DNA of 64,000 nucleotides from Marsupella aquatica (taxonomy: Eukaryota; Plantae; Marchantiophyta): assembly GCA_973895155.1 (NCBI GenBank), contig OZ316896.1, forward strand, positions 22,649,722-22,713,721, given 5' to 3'. This document shows positions 12,859 to 25,228 of this stretch, one piece after another. Both the position numbers and the translations under genes were made by a program. The notes beneath the pieces were generated by a model. The model had not been told where the DNA came from. It saw nothing but the letters and a program-made list of their open reading frames with translations, and did no database searches. Positions within the stretch are counted from its first letter, which is position 1. Each line of letters starts with the position of its first letter.

Positions 12859-13549
12859 GCTCCTTTTGTGTGGATTTGGGGATTGTTTCTGATTCATTGT
12901 GTGGGACTTGTGTAAGGAGCTCCATGTCAAACGCGGATTCAAGCTTGACACCGGTGGACTACAACCGTTCTCGCTTGCTGCCATGTCCTGTGAACTATGA
13001 TACAATGTTGTGCGAGTCACTCTTCTCGCCCAGGCCCAAGGATCCTTCAAGTCCAGCTCATGGACCCCAACGTATGCATTATCAGACACTCTATTGCACC
13101 AATGTTAGCAATTGGACCAACGCATCAAAGGAGGCTTTTTGGACTTGCTTTGGCAAGGAACTTCTGTTCAAATGTGTTGGAGTGGATGTGTATGCAATTG
13201 CAGTGCAGGTTCCTGCCGACATTTCTTCCAACTTTCATCCATTCCACAGGACCAATACGACTTGGATCCGAAGCATTTCACTTCAGATAACCGTCCGCCC
13301 AAACAATCGCGAAGGGAGGCAATGCCTCCTCCCGACAATGCAGAATCACCTCGCGCCAGCGCTTCTGTACAAGATGAAGTTGGCACACATGTTCGTCGCA
13401 TCGTCGACAATGCTTTGACAAACTTTGACAGGCGTTTACAACGGGAGGAGGCTGTGATGCTTGAAGAAGCTCGGGCGAGTATTAGACGGTGCTATGGGCG
13501 AGCCCCGCGAACCAAAACTCACGCCAAACGACAGCAGCGTTCTAAGTAG
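12859..13549 (+). CDS. Possible transposon cargo gene (overlapping ORFs 12870-13418 and 13112-13549; possibly spliced or frameshifted)
   Basis: Two long overlapping frames follow a cag acceptor-like site (~12858). A small exon-like segment lies upstream (ttgcag|..gag|gtacgt, ~12599-12644). The C-terminal part is helical-looking and basic. No family recognised. Confidence 0.3.
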
Positions 13550-13677
13550 TTTAGAGAGATTAGAGCATTCCAAGTAGTTTACAGTGTAGTTGATGAGCCG
13601 TAGTAACTTTATCGATAGAAGCTCGAAGGCACTTAAGGGTGTTTTGCCTGCATGCTCTTCTTTAAGTGTGTAGACAC

Positions 13678-14217
13678 TCAATTCTGTGATTTTGTCAAAT
13701 TTTGTTTGGATTGAATCTTCCACGATTCATTGAATTTGTCAATGAAGTAGGCCTCCATCCGCTTGCGGATGATTTGGCTTTCAACATCTGAATAACACTC
13801 CTGCATTCTCCATGAAACATTGGATTTGTCTACGTGTGGGCCTGTGAATCAATTAAGCACGAAAGACAATCTCGAGGACAATCAATGCCACATTGGTAGA
13901 ATCCTTTAGTTAATGATAATATCTTCACCATGCCACATTGGTAGATCAACAATGGAAAAGAATTGATGCTTTTGTTGAATCAAGTCTTCAACAGTGGTGT
14001 CGATTTTGTTTACCTGAAATTTTCCCAATAAAAACCTGAAAATCTTCCAAAACCTTGGATTATGCTCCCATTCATAAGTTGCAGATGTTTTAGGTCGTCT
14101 AGAACCTAATCCTTCACTTTTCTCAAAGTCTTCATCTCGCTTCCTCTTTCCAGGTTGCCCTGAAAAATAATCCACATTCTTTCGATCTTCTTTTACTTCT
14201 TTCTGTTTTGGTTTCAT
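13678..14217 (-). CDS. Possible two-exon small basic protein inside the transposon
   Basis: Exon 14217-14014 (MKPK..KRKR..LLGKFQ) ends at CAG|GTAAAC. Joining it to 13800-13678 after ..atgcag gives in-frame ECYSDVESQIIRKRMEAYFIDKFNESWK..stop. The acceptor is weak. Confidence 0.3.
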
Positions 14218-14319
14218 TTTTTTTAAATACTTGGTCCTGGTTGAGATGTACAGTTATACTCCCCTCAACTAGAATGTTAACGCAGTTACGTACACAGGTG
14301 ACCAAGTATTTAAAAAAAA
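14217..14319. repeat. 20-bp perfect inverted repeat (hairpin)
   Basis: ttttttttaaatacttggtc (14217-14236) and gaccaagtatttaaaaaaaa (14300-14319). Confidence 0.8.
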
Positions 14320-14414
14320 CTGCAAAGAGAGAATTGAAGTAAACAAAGATTTTGATTGTCCTTATGTAAATTGAACCACGGTAATCTATTTAGAACTCTG
14401 CAAAGATAAGTGAA

Positions 14415-14720
14415 AAAGAAAGGCTTTGTCAAAGAACAGATCACATAGCACATAGACCAAAATCTATTGACAATTCTGCAAATCTATGTAGATTTTTGCA
14501 CAGGCAACTGAAAAGGAAAGTTTTCGTAAAAGAACAGATCACAGAGTCACTCCAACCAAAAGATTTTTCGCCGTCAGCCTTTGCATAAGAAATGTGCATT
14601 AAACTCAGTAGAGTAAACTGAAAAGCAAATTTTTGTAAAAAAACAGATCAAAGAGTCACGGCCACCAAAAAATTTATCCAGATTGCATATAAAATTGCAT
14701 TAAACTCTGTAAAGTGCCAG
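14415..14720. repeat. Three degenerate ~100-bp tandem units
   Basis: aaa(g)aacagatca..cac..accaaaa recurs at ~14431, ~14527 and ~14640. Confidence 0.6.
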
Positions 14721-15839
14721 ACTGTGTACAATGTTGGACTTTGCATGAAAGAATGAATGAAAATTAGAGAAAGAAATGAATGAAAGACAAGAAACTGACA
14801 AACTTTCTTAGGAACCGATAGTCCACTTAGAGCACAAAAGAAAACTTCTTGGAATAAGCAATATAAGTACATTGTGAAATGTATTCTTAATTGTTTCCTT
14901 CATGCTTTCACTTGCTGGCTGTTTGGAATCTAGCTTCTCAATAGCCATAGCTATAGATGTCGGCCCCACTGTATTCCAAGCAATATCCTTGTTGCTTTAA
15001 TTTGGTTCTCTTCCAGATCTATTACGTCAGTAGTCCTCTCCAATCTGCTAAGTCCTTATGAATCTGCTTAGTCCTCTCTGACTTTGCTGAACCTTAGAGA
15101 TGCTAAAAATTTCCAATCCCCGTAGCCATAGTGTCTCACATGGCCCCACTCTAGTCCAAATCATCTTAGATGTTGGTGCCTCTTCCAATCCCCTTAGCCT
15201 TTCGACATCGGCTCAATCCAGTCCAATCTACTCAGCCCTTATGAATCTGCTAATTTTCTTGCTCAACTATCGGGTGGATATGCTCAACACTGTTCTTTGA
15301 CCTCTTCCACACCTAAAAAGACTCAACTAGCTCCCGCTGTCCCCAACAAAACCAGACTGGAAAACCAAATGGGTAGTAAATGGTGCGAAATTTCATGTCG
15401 CGTGTTTCAATGGCGGGAAAAAATGTCCAAGAGTACCCGGGCCGAATGAGTCCCACATTTTAATAATTCCCAGTAAAAGTGGGTGAAACGGGACTGGTAA
15501 AAAATAAGATTGAACTGTTTCACAGACTGTAAAAAATAATTTCCCGGCCTGACGCATATGCAGTCACGAATTTGTGCGCTGGCCGTCCAATTTTCTGGAT
15601 TTAATTATTTTCACCGCTAACCTAATGACGACTACGGTATCTGTAGATTTGGGAGCTAATTTTAGAAAATAATCTCCTACTGCTACCAGAAGTAGTATAA
15701 ATTATAATCTTTTAGGTCTTCAGGTGTGTTAAATGTACTGTTAGCATATATACCCATATCTGGACACGTACAATTCGCATAGCATTAGTTTAATTATTGC
15801 CCTTCAAAACTAGACTTCAGCTTTGTTTGATAGTGCGAG

Positions 15840-16570
15840 CAAAGTCTGAACAAAACTGTTAGATTTCATGTCCTGGACGTATGATAATCTATCTGCCATG
15901 TTGCCCACAACTTTGTAGAGCAAAGCTGCTCTTATAGTAACAACAAGTCCATCTAACCTGGCCAATGTTAGATTCAGGTTTCAATTCTAGCTAGCTATGC
16001 AGTGTAGACCTTCGATCGGTATGCGAAATAAGTAAACTAATGGTCTGCAGCATTTTGGATGGGCAGCAATGGAGGAGAAGGGAGAGCGCTGAGCGAACGT
16101 GAAGATTACGGTAGCACTCTAAGCAAATCCTTCAATCAAATTTCTCGATCCGGTCTTCTTAGCAGTCCACTAGACGAGTCGAAAATGGCATCTATCTGTA
16201 TTCTTACTGTTTGGCAAAGCACCTGGAAAATTAATTTGGTATCGAATCAATGGGTTACTGCGGAATTGATTGCCACTCGTTACGCATTGGAATCAAGAGT
16301 TGTATCGAATTCCTTGGTTGACAGTAATTCTCTGATCATTTCGATGAGCAGCATTCAAACTGGAAGACTGAGGACCAGACACCATACCGTACGTAGCTAA
16401 CAAAGCGAAATTAAGGAAAATAAGGGTGGGAGTACGGGAGATATTGTTAATGTGATTTGCTCATCCCTCGGCTCATCCCAGCAACACTAAACCAACAAAG
16501 GAGCATAACTCCATTACCAACTCACGAAATAGGTACAGATGCTCACAAACAATTCTGTGAAGCAGCGAAA
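15840..16570 (-). repeat. Relic of kelch-gene 5' intron/UTR region
   Basis: Direct homology to 6260-6730 (gaagattacggtagcact, ggcaaagcacctgga, tgtgaagcagcgaa) and inverted homology to 17690-18190. Confidence 0.7.
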
Positions 16571-17573
16571 ATCAAAGATCAACCTATCAAAGATCACGCA
16601 ATTTCAGATGATCTCAAGAACTCTTGATCCAAATTGAGTGCCAATTGGTCGTAGTTTAATTGGGTCCTTCCATCCCCCAAAAGTAACATTCTCAAGTGCC
16701 CCTTCATGGTGAGTATATAAGAAGACTTTTGAGAGAGGACTACTCCATCCCTCAGGCAGGTGAATATATTCTTGTAAATAATATTATGACTCCAAAAGTT
16801 TCAATCTGAGAAAAAACCTACTGGCCCGGATTATCTGCGAGTTCATATCGTCGAGCACAGCATTAGGGCAATCTACGTTGTTGTATGTATGTGAGAGAGT
16901 CTGACCTGGACTCTAAGTTGACTACCGCAAATTATGTCATTCCCGGGAGATCTTACCCAAGGCGCACAGCCACAGTGCCAACCTGTCACCAAACTTCACG
17001 TCTCATCCAGAGTTTTCTTCGTTGTAACAGCCCCCCAACTAAATCATTCAACCAGAGACCGTCCAGGCTGGTCTGAGGGCCCACACCATGTGAATGTAAA
17101 TTATCCCCACAAGAAACCCATCTATCCCACCCCCTTGATTTCGGCAAGCAACGCAAGTGAAAAAGCAAGGAGACTGGGAAAATAATACAACGAAAAATAC
17201 GGAACCTCTATCTCAGCCCGAAAACCGGTGATACCGTTGATCTGGGCCCAATCTGCAAGACGATATCGGTGACTCCCCCAACCAGCCAGCAGCCACGATC
17301 AAGAGAGCCCTAAGGAAAACTGGCATTGGAGATCCCACACACAGCAGTTAGGCGATTTACCCTCAAATGGTCTGTCTTTGTATGCAACACCCGAATTGAG
17401 GGGTGGTTTTCGGGTATTACTAGCTAGCCTAAAATTTAAAAAGCCAGGTGATAAGGACCGAATTGCACCAATTAATGAAATAGGTACGTACCGTCTGGAA
17501 GGAAGCCCTCATGATCGAGGCGACACCAGATCTTTGGGTGACACTTCAGTCGTAGTTGGTCCTGCCACAACGC

Positions 17574-18247
17574 TATAAAGAGCTACTCCCGGGTCATTCT
17601 TGTCACTATCACTTTTTGCACTTTTGTTCTCCAACAGTAGCTAGTCGTGACTCACGTCTCGGGGCTGTAAGTAAAGTCAGTCTGGATGATCTTCGCTGCT
17701 TCACAGAAATTTGTTTGTGAGTATCTATCGATTCCACAACTCTCGAATCTAACGCGCAACGATCGGTAGTCGATTCCGTAGCTAGTAACCCATTGATTCG
17801 ATTCCAAATTGATTATTTAGGTGCTTTGCCGAACAATAGGAATACAGATATATGCCATTTTCGATTATTCTCATTTAGTGCTATCAAGACCGGAGAAATT
17901 TGATTGAAAAATAGGCTTCGAGTGCTACCGTAATCTTCCATGTGCGCTCAGGGCTCTCCCCTCTCCGTTGCTGCCACTCCGAAATTCTGAAGACAATGCA
18001 TTCTGAAGTAAGTAAATTGCGCAATTTACTTACTTCGCATGTAGATCTAACATGGCCTAGTTAGATGGAGTCCTTGTTACTATAGCAGCTTTGCTCGAGA
18101 ATGTTGTGGGCAGGAGGCAGGTCTAGTATCGTAAGTCCAGGACGTGCATTGGTTGATATTCTAACAGCTTTGTTGAAGCTTTTCTCGTTCAGTTCATAAT
18201 TTTTACATTCTTCAACTCATCTTAATGACCTGTTGTGCATGTAGCAG
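17574..18247 (+). promoter_or_regulatory. Putative TATA box, 5'UTR exon and 5'UTR intron of kelch copy B
   Basis: TATAAA at 17574-17579, donor-like GTGAGT at 17717 and acceptor-like tgtagcag ending at 18247. All are conserved in the left arm. Inferred only, with no transcript data. Confidence 0.35.
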
Positions 18248-18558
18248 ATGAGATCATCTGAGGTTGGGGTACCGGGTAAGTGGGAGAAGAACGTGTCGCT
18301 CTTCTGAACTTGTAGGGTTGGTACTTTTCTGGAATCGGGCGGGGCAATATCTGTACCAACCGGTGATTACTTAGATTCGTACTGGGATTGGAGGTGGACT
18401 GGCGGATGAATAGACACTGTTGAGACTTCCCTCAAGTGCGCATTCCAGCGATCGAGTGCGCATTCCAGCAAGCAAGCGCGCATCGATCGTCGTCCATCTT
18501 CAGGCAGCAGTTGCGGCAGAGAAACCTTGGGAACGCTAAGTTCACATCGGTATCGAAA

Positions 18559-19871
18559 ATGTTTCACCTGGCCAGGCTGAAAGAGGAAAATCTGAAGAGG
18601 AGGAGAGAGAAACAACAGCGTGATGCACTTGAGGGGAGCTCATCCACAGCAGCAATGACCGACGAAAACGGCAGCAGGGGACTGCTTCCTGGCATTCCGC
18701 ACGACCTCACGGTGCAAATGATAACTCCGAAGTTGTCATGGAGCTCACTGGGGGCTCTCTCATCGGTGAGCCGTGCTTGGCAACGAGCAGTTCGAAGTTA
18801 TGAAATTTATAACGAGAGAACTCGCTCCCACTTGACGGAGACGTTTGTTGTCCTCAACTACTCTCTGTCTGTTTTTCTGAGAACAAGACTGGGATCGCTC
18901 TGTATAGCCTGCGAACAGGCGCTTGTCTTCAGCTTCCTCCCATCCCACATGTCAACAACGGAATTCCATATTTTTGCGAATGCACAACCTTGGATGGGAA
19001 AGTATATGTTTTGGGAGGATTGAAGAACAATTCTACTAACCTTACTCCTCTGTGCCAAGCGGACGTATATATGTTTGATGTGGCTGGGCACGCACAGACC
19101 TGGGAAAACTGCGCTAGTATGCACAGAGCTAGGTATAGTTTTGGCTGTGGCATTATAGACGGGAAAATTTATGTATGCGGTGGTTCTAAGTCGTCTAGTG
19201 TTGCAACCTTCAGTGGCACAGAAGTGTATGACCCCAAAGTAGATACTTGGACTGAGCTCATGCCAATGCTATCTCAACTGACAGGTCACACAGTTGCAAT
19301 TGTCGAAAATGAGCTTCTGGTGTATGGTGGAGAGTCTTTCCGTGTAGGGCACTTGAACTACAACCTACACCGTGAGAACCCATTGCTTCCAGATATTTTT
19401 CAGATTTATAACCCTACTACGGGCAAGTGGAGAAGACTGCTCAACCAGGTACCCAACTATCCGGGAATGAGGCTTGATGACTGGCTTGGTAAAACAATGT
19501 TCAGTGTAGAGGAGAAACTACATGCCATCACAGGGTCTGCTGTTTTTCAACTTGACCTTGGACAAGATGTTAGGACGCGTCTGCAGTCCATTCAACATCC
19601 GAAGAGAAATTATTGGACCCCATACACTCGAGGAAAGGGGCCACTTGCAATTTTGGCGGTGGATGACCAGCTTGTAGCAATTGATTATTTGTATGAGTAT
19701 CAGTACATTGGAAGGCGCGTTGAAAGTGGCCAACGTGGAGACCTGGTGCTTGCTCTTCTTCGAGGCACAGGGTTCGGTGTCAAGGACCAATATATTGTGT
19801 GGGAGAGAGTTCTATATTCTCTTTCCTTTGATGGTTTGAAGTCTCCGTTCTTGCATATTCTTCGAGTTTAA
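18559..19871 (+). pseudogene. F-box/kelch-repeat protein, copy B, frameshifted
   Basis: Near-identical to copy A. GTTTTTCT (18871-18878) vs GTTTCT in copy A is a +2 frameshift separating the F-box ORF (ends 19023) from the kelch ORF (18990-19871). Confidence 0.85.
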
Positions 19872-20613
19872 GCAGCTCCTGTACAAGTTCGGCCAATCAT
19901 TCAAGGCCAGAGGCCGGTTCCTTCTTCGGAACTTATCCGCCTCCTTTGTCAAGAAAGTTAGATCCGTAGTTGATACAACCGGAGATCGATTTCCTGGCTG
20001 ATAAGATTTACGTAGATTAGCATGAGGTTTGCTTCTTTGTAAACAAAAGAATAAATGCGTGAACTTTTTTCCATCATTTTTGTGCTAATGGAGATTGCTA
20101 ATGGAGATTGTTGTCATTCAAGTGAGTGCATTCCGTGAATCTCAGATTGACAGAGTCTTTTGAATCCAGTCTGGAGGATGTTTGGAGATTTTTGTCAAGT
20201 GAGTGCATGGGCCGTGAACTCAGATTGAGGAGCTAGTCTTTCGAAGTCAATCTCGTGGTTGTTTCTGATCATCTTGTTTCGTAATTGTAAGAAAACCAAT
20301 AGAACATGTTTCTCTCAGAATATCAATAAGCACTTTATTGACTAATACAACATAAGCAAACTATGATGAATGATATGAATGTGTTATGAGTAATTTACAA
20401 CTATGAGACTAAATAGGATTCATCTCTAGAAGGATGAACCTGAAAAGAAGAGGTGTACTCTTTCAGGTAGGTGTACCCTTTCAGGTGTAACCCTTACATA
20501 TGAACTAGGTGTAACCCTTCAGGTGTAATCCTCTACATATGAATTAACATGAATATGCTTAGTGCATGTTCACATTACCCCTTAACACCCCCCTTAATGT
20601 GAACCTATACTAA

Positions 20614-23600
20614 CTAAGGTAATCTAATACCTAGTCCATGAGTGCAATACTCATGTTTTGGTTTAGGAAGGGCTTTATTTAAGACATCTACAATCATTTG
20701 GCTTGTATGAACATAATCCAGAATGATTTCTTTTGTGCTAACCTTTTCTTGCAAAGAACTTGAATCTAAGATCTATATGCTTAGATCTGTCGTGGAATCT
20801 ACTCGGATTTTTGGCAAGAGATATGCATGTTTGATTGTCACTGAAGATTTGGATAGGAACAGATAATTGTGAAAAGCCTAAGTCTTCCATAAGCTGACGT
20901 AGCCAGATTGCCTCTTTTGCACAAGAAGCTCCAGCCATAAACTCTGCTTTGGTAGAAGATAGAGCAATGGTGGGCTGCTTCTTGCTCTGCCAGGACAACA
21001 CCTCCACCCAGGTGAAAGGAAAACCCTGTAACAGATTTTTGGGAGTCGGTGTCACTACCCCAGTCGGAGTCGATCTGTCCAACCTTGAAGTTTGCTAGCA
21101 CTTCTTCCTTGATAAGTGAGCCCAAGGTCATGTGTCCTCTTCAAGTACGTATCTAAGAATGCGCTTAACTGCAGCCCAATGTAAAGGACCAGGATTGGAC
21201 ATATACTGCACCGCATGACTAGTAGCAAAGGAAATATCTGGACGTGTACTAGTTGCAACATATAATATGCATCCTAAAGCATTGGCGTATGGAATGTTTT
21301 TCATTTGACTGATCTCTTGAGGAGTTGTTGGACTCATGCTCTTGGTAAGGCGTGTATTGGCTGGCATAGGGGTATCAATTGGTTTGCAATCAAGCATGTT
21401 AAATCTGGTCAGAATATCTTGAATATATTTGCTTTGAGATAGAGTAATGGTTTTGGATGGTCTATGGCGTTTGACCTGAATGCCTAAACAGTACTCTATT
21501 TCCCCATTGTCAGTCATTTCAGATTTGATAGACAAATCATGCTTGATTTGATTAAGGAAAGGCAAACTATTGGAAAGTACGATTGAGTCATCAACATACA
21601 GACCAAGGATGGCAAAATTGTTGTTGTGGCGCTTGATATAAACATTATTGTCAGCTTGACAAGGAACAAAGCCAACTTCTAGCAAATAATTGTTGAAACA
21701 TTCAAACCACAAGTGAGGTGACTGCTTGAGGCCATAGAGCAAGCGTAAAAGCCGACAAACCTTTTTAAGAAAGCGTTGATCAACAAAACCTTCAGGCTGT
21801 GACATTTACACTTCTTCTGGTAAAAGTGCATACAAGAAAGCTGTCTTGACGTCCATCTGATGAATGTGAAGATCAAAGATAGCTGCCAAGGCCAACATGA
21901 CTCGTAAAGATGACATGCGTATTACTGGCGAGAAAGTTTCATGGTAGTCAAATAATTCCCTCAATTTGGGAAAAGCTGTGTGCAACAAGTCGAGCTTTGT
22001 ATCGGGCAATGGTTCCGTCAGAATTGTATTTCTTCCTGAGAATCCATTTACAAGAAACCACAGACCTGCCAGGAGGTAGATCTAATTGTAATTCCCATGT
22101 TTGGTTTTGCATGAGTGATGCATACTCAGCCTCAATGGCTTGCTGCCATTTATCAGCATCAAGAGATGTCAACTCTTCTGATCAGGATGAAGGCTCTGAA
22201 GATTGTGCCACTGCTAAGGCATGTATGTTTTGAACATGAACTAGATTTGAAGTACGGTACCTTGCAGGTAGAGTTCCTTTAGTTGTACATGAGGACCGTC
22301 GAGGAGGATTTCTTTCTGACGTAGCAATATCAAGATCAAAAGGATCTTGAGGAAGAAATTCAAGAACATCCTCGAGTGAATGGTTAGTGTTATCCGATGA
22401 TGAGTCCGAACAATCTGACAAATCTGATGGAATTTGTGGATCAGGAGTGATAGGCCCTTGTAATACAGTTGGTCCTGGAAGTGGAACAGGGATAACAGCA
22501 GGTTGAACCAGGGGCTGAACTGCCAGTTGAGCTGGTGGTGTAGTTGTTGATGATAGTCTCCCTAAGAATTCATCAGTGAGATTAGTGTGATTAACGAGGT
22601 TGTCAACACTAGTAGAGTCAAATTCTGATGACTTAGGAGAGGACCTCGCAGAAGAACGTCCAAGATGTAAGCCAAGGATGTGGTCCTCATGGAAACCCAC
22701 ATTACTGCTAAAAATGAACTGTCGTGTAATAGGGTCATATAGTCGATAGCCCTTAACGCCCATATCCTCTCCATAACCAATAAACACACATTTATTGGTT
22801 TTAGCATCCAACTTTTGCCTCGTTTCTTTTGGAACATGTTGATAAATGGGACAGCTAAAGATCCTTAGATGCTTGAAATCTGGTTTGGTGCCACCAGTCC
22901 ATAACTTATAAGGAGTGACATTATTCTCCAAGGCAGAAGTGAAGCTACAATTTTGAAGATAACATGCACTAGCTATAGCTTCTGCCCAAAAAGAGTTTGG
23001 AAGGTGAGCAGCATGAATCATGCTGCGAGCTGAGTTAACCAAGGTCTGGTTTTTGCGCTCTGCAACTCCATTTTGCTCTGGGGTCCCAGGTATGGTTAGC
23101 TGTCGTGCTATGCCATGTTCTTGACAGAAAATAGTGAACTCTTGAGAGATGTACTCTCCACCGTTGTCTCCCCGAAGTACTTTTATAGAAAGGCCAAGTT
23201 GATTTTCAACTAACGCCTTGTATATCTGAAATTTGCTAAATACTTCAGATTTTTGTTTGAGAAAGTTAACATAAGTATACCGTGAGTGATTCTCAATGAA
23301 GGTTAAAAAATACCTTGATCCTCCCAAGGAAGGAACTTGTATCGGACCACACAGGTCGGTGTGAACAAGTCCTAGCAAAGAACTAGCTCTTTTACTTGGA
23401 CCAGTTGGAAAAGGATTTTTCCATTGTTTTCCAGAAATACATCCCTCACAAAGAGGGATGTTGTCAAACTTAGAACTTGAAATTCCAGTAACCGTGTTGT
23501 GTGTTTGCATGATTTTAATCGCACCAAAGTGCAAAGGGCCAAGTCAGGGATGCCAGCAAAGGGCGTCAGTCTTTAGAAATGGCGTGGTCCCGGGTGTGAT

Positions 23601-25228
23601 AGTAAGAGCATTACTTTGCAAATGTGTAGAAGACTGAGATAGCCCAATACCCAAAGGGTAAAGGCTACCAACTTGATAACATTTAAGTTGAATAATAGAG
23701 CCAGTATGATCACGTCCTTTTAACAGGCAATGTCCAAGAAAAAATTCAATGCTGCCATGACTGCTCCTGGTGGCTTCTGAGACCGACAACAAATTTTTCT
23801 CGATCTTAGGTATGTGAAGCACATTAGAGATTGTGGTAACGGACCCTGACTCGGGGGTTTCATTTCCACAAAAATGGCATATCACGTGCGACGAAAGATA
23901 GGGTCATTTTATTGGTTCTAAGGGAAGACTTAAGAATTTTTGTAGAAGAACAATAGGGTCTTTTAAGTTCAATTTTGAGACTTATAAGAACATTAGGGTT
24001 TTTTTAATCCAATTTTTAGAATATTCCAAGAATATTCTAACTTTATAAGGGTTAAAAAATAGATTTTTTTTCCTACATTTTAGGGGGTCCGAGGCCTAAA
24101 AACGTCGCAGGCGATGGGGAGGTCCCCATATAGTGAGACCCCGGAGGACCCTGAATTGAGCTTAACATGAACAGTACCAACACCAATGGCCAATTGTTCA
24201 GAATTGTCGGCCATGGAAACCACAAGAGGGTGAGGCAATGTTTCATATTGGTGAAACCATTGTCTATGAGGAGTCATATGTCGAGTGGCCCCAGAATCAA
24301 AACACCACGTGTTACCAAAATCATAGGGACTTGGAACCGTTGACATTGTGGTAGTGACAAACAATTGCACCTTTGGAGTACTATCAACAAATTGAGTTGA
24401 TGGTGGCTTTGCTGATCGAAAAATACCAGCAGCACGGTCTTTTGCTCTGTTGCGGCAATCTGGAGCAATATGACCTTTGTTTAAACAATAATGGCATGTA
24501 AGCTCTTTGTATTTACCATCATTTGAAGAACTGGGATGTGAATTTCCAGTTTTCCCCTTGAATTTGGGTTTACCTTTGTACTTCTCCACAGCAATCAATG
24601 CACCATTGGTTCGAGAGTCAGATTTACCCTTGGAATCATGATGAGTTTGCATTGCATTTTCTTGAAGAATTTTAGCAAGAAGTACAGAGAAAGTAAGACC
24701 GGTTTGATTTGATTGAATGGAGATGAATGACCTCCATGTCTCGGGTAATGCTCCCAGAAGTAAAATGATTAATTGGTTGTCGATCAGGAATTGTAAGACC
24801 AGCAACTGCAGCCTCATCAACCAGGCCTTGAAACTCTTCTATGAAGTCAAGTACTGAATTACCTTCAAGTAGAGAGAGTTGTAAAAGTCGCCGATGAATA
24901 GCGACTTGAGCCGACAAATCAGACAACTCATAGGTTGCCGTCAGTTTATCCCAAATCTCTTTTGAAGTTGCTAAGGAACAAACCAACTGAATTTGTTTGT
25001 TCCCGCAATGAAGAATCAGGTCAGCTCTTGCCTTAGCATCTTTTGTTTTCCATTCCGCTAAAGCTATTGGATTGGCAGGCCCTGGATTAGGAAGCGTGCC
25101 ATCAACTACTGAAAAAGATCTTGTCAAATTAGTAACATTTCCAACTTAATCTTCCAGATTGAATAGTTCAATCCATTTAACTTCTCCACCACATAGGCCT
25201 TGTTAAGGTCGGAAGTAGGAGTAGCCAT
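20614..25228 (-). pseudogene. Copia gag-pol, multiply frameshifted
   Basis: Fragments carry the zinc knuckle CHYCLNKGHIAPDC, protease FDSGATRHM, integrase VHTDLCGP..GDNGGEY..QNGVAERKN, RT YGLKQSP/LYVDD and RNase H SDNQ..KHID. They are split over at least 8 ORF pieces. Confidence 0.9.
23850..24146 (-). mobile_element. MITE copy 2, nested in the copia protease region
   Basis: Termini ctcgggggtttca / tgagaccccggag. Perfect 8-bp TSD gaccctga (23842-23849, 24147-24154). Homologous to 1213-1501. Confidence 0.9.

Larger units (their letters stand above)
8815..15637 (+). mobile_element. 6.8-kb Tc1/mariner-superfamily (pogo/DDE_1-like) DNA transposon
   Basis: 25-bp TIRs ccgtagtcgtcattaggtt(c/a)gcggt at 8815-8839 and 15613-15637 (one mismatch). 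TA on both sides (8813-8814, 15638-15639). The flanks rejoin into a sequence paralogous to ~26700-26740. Internal transposase ORF. Confidence 0.92.
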
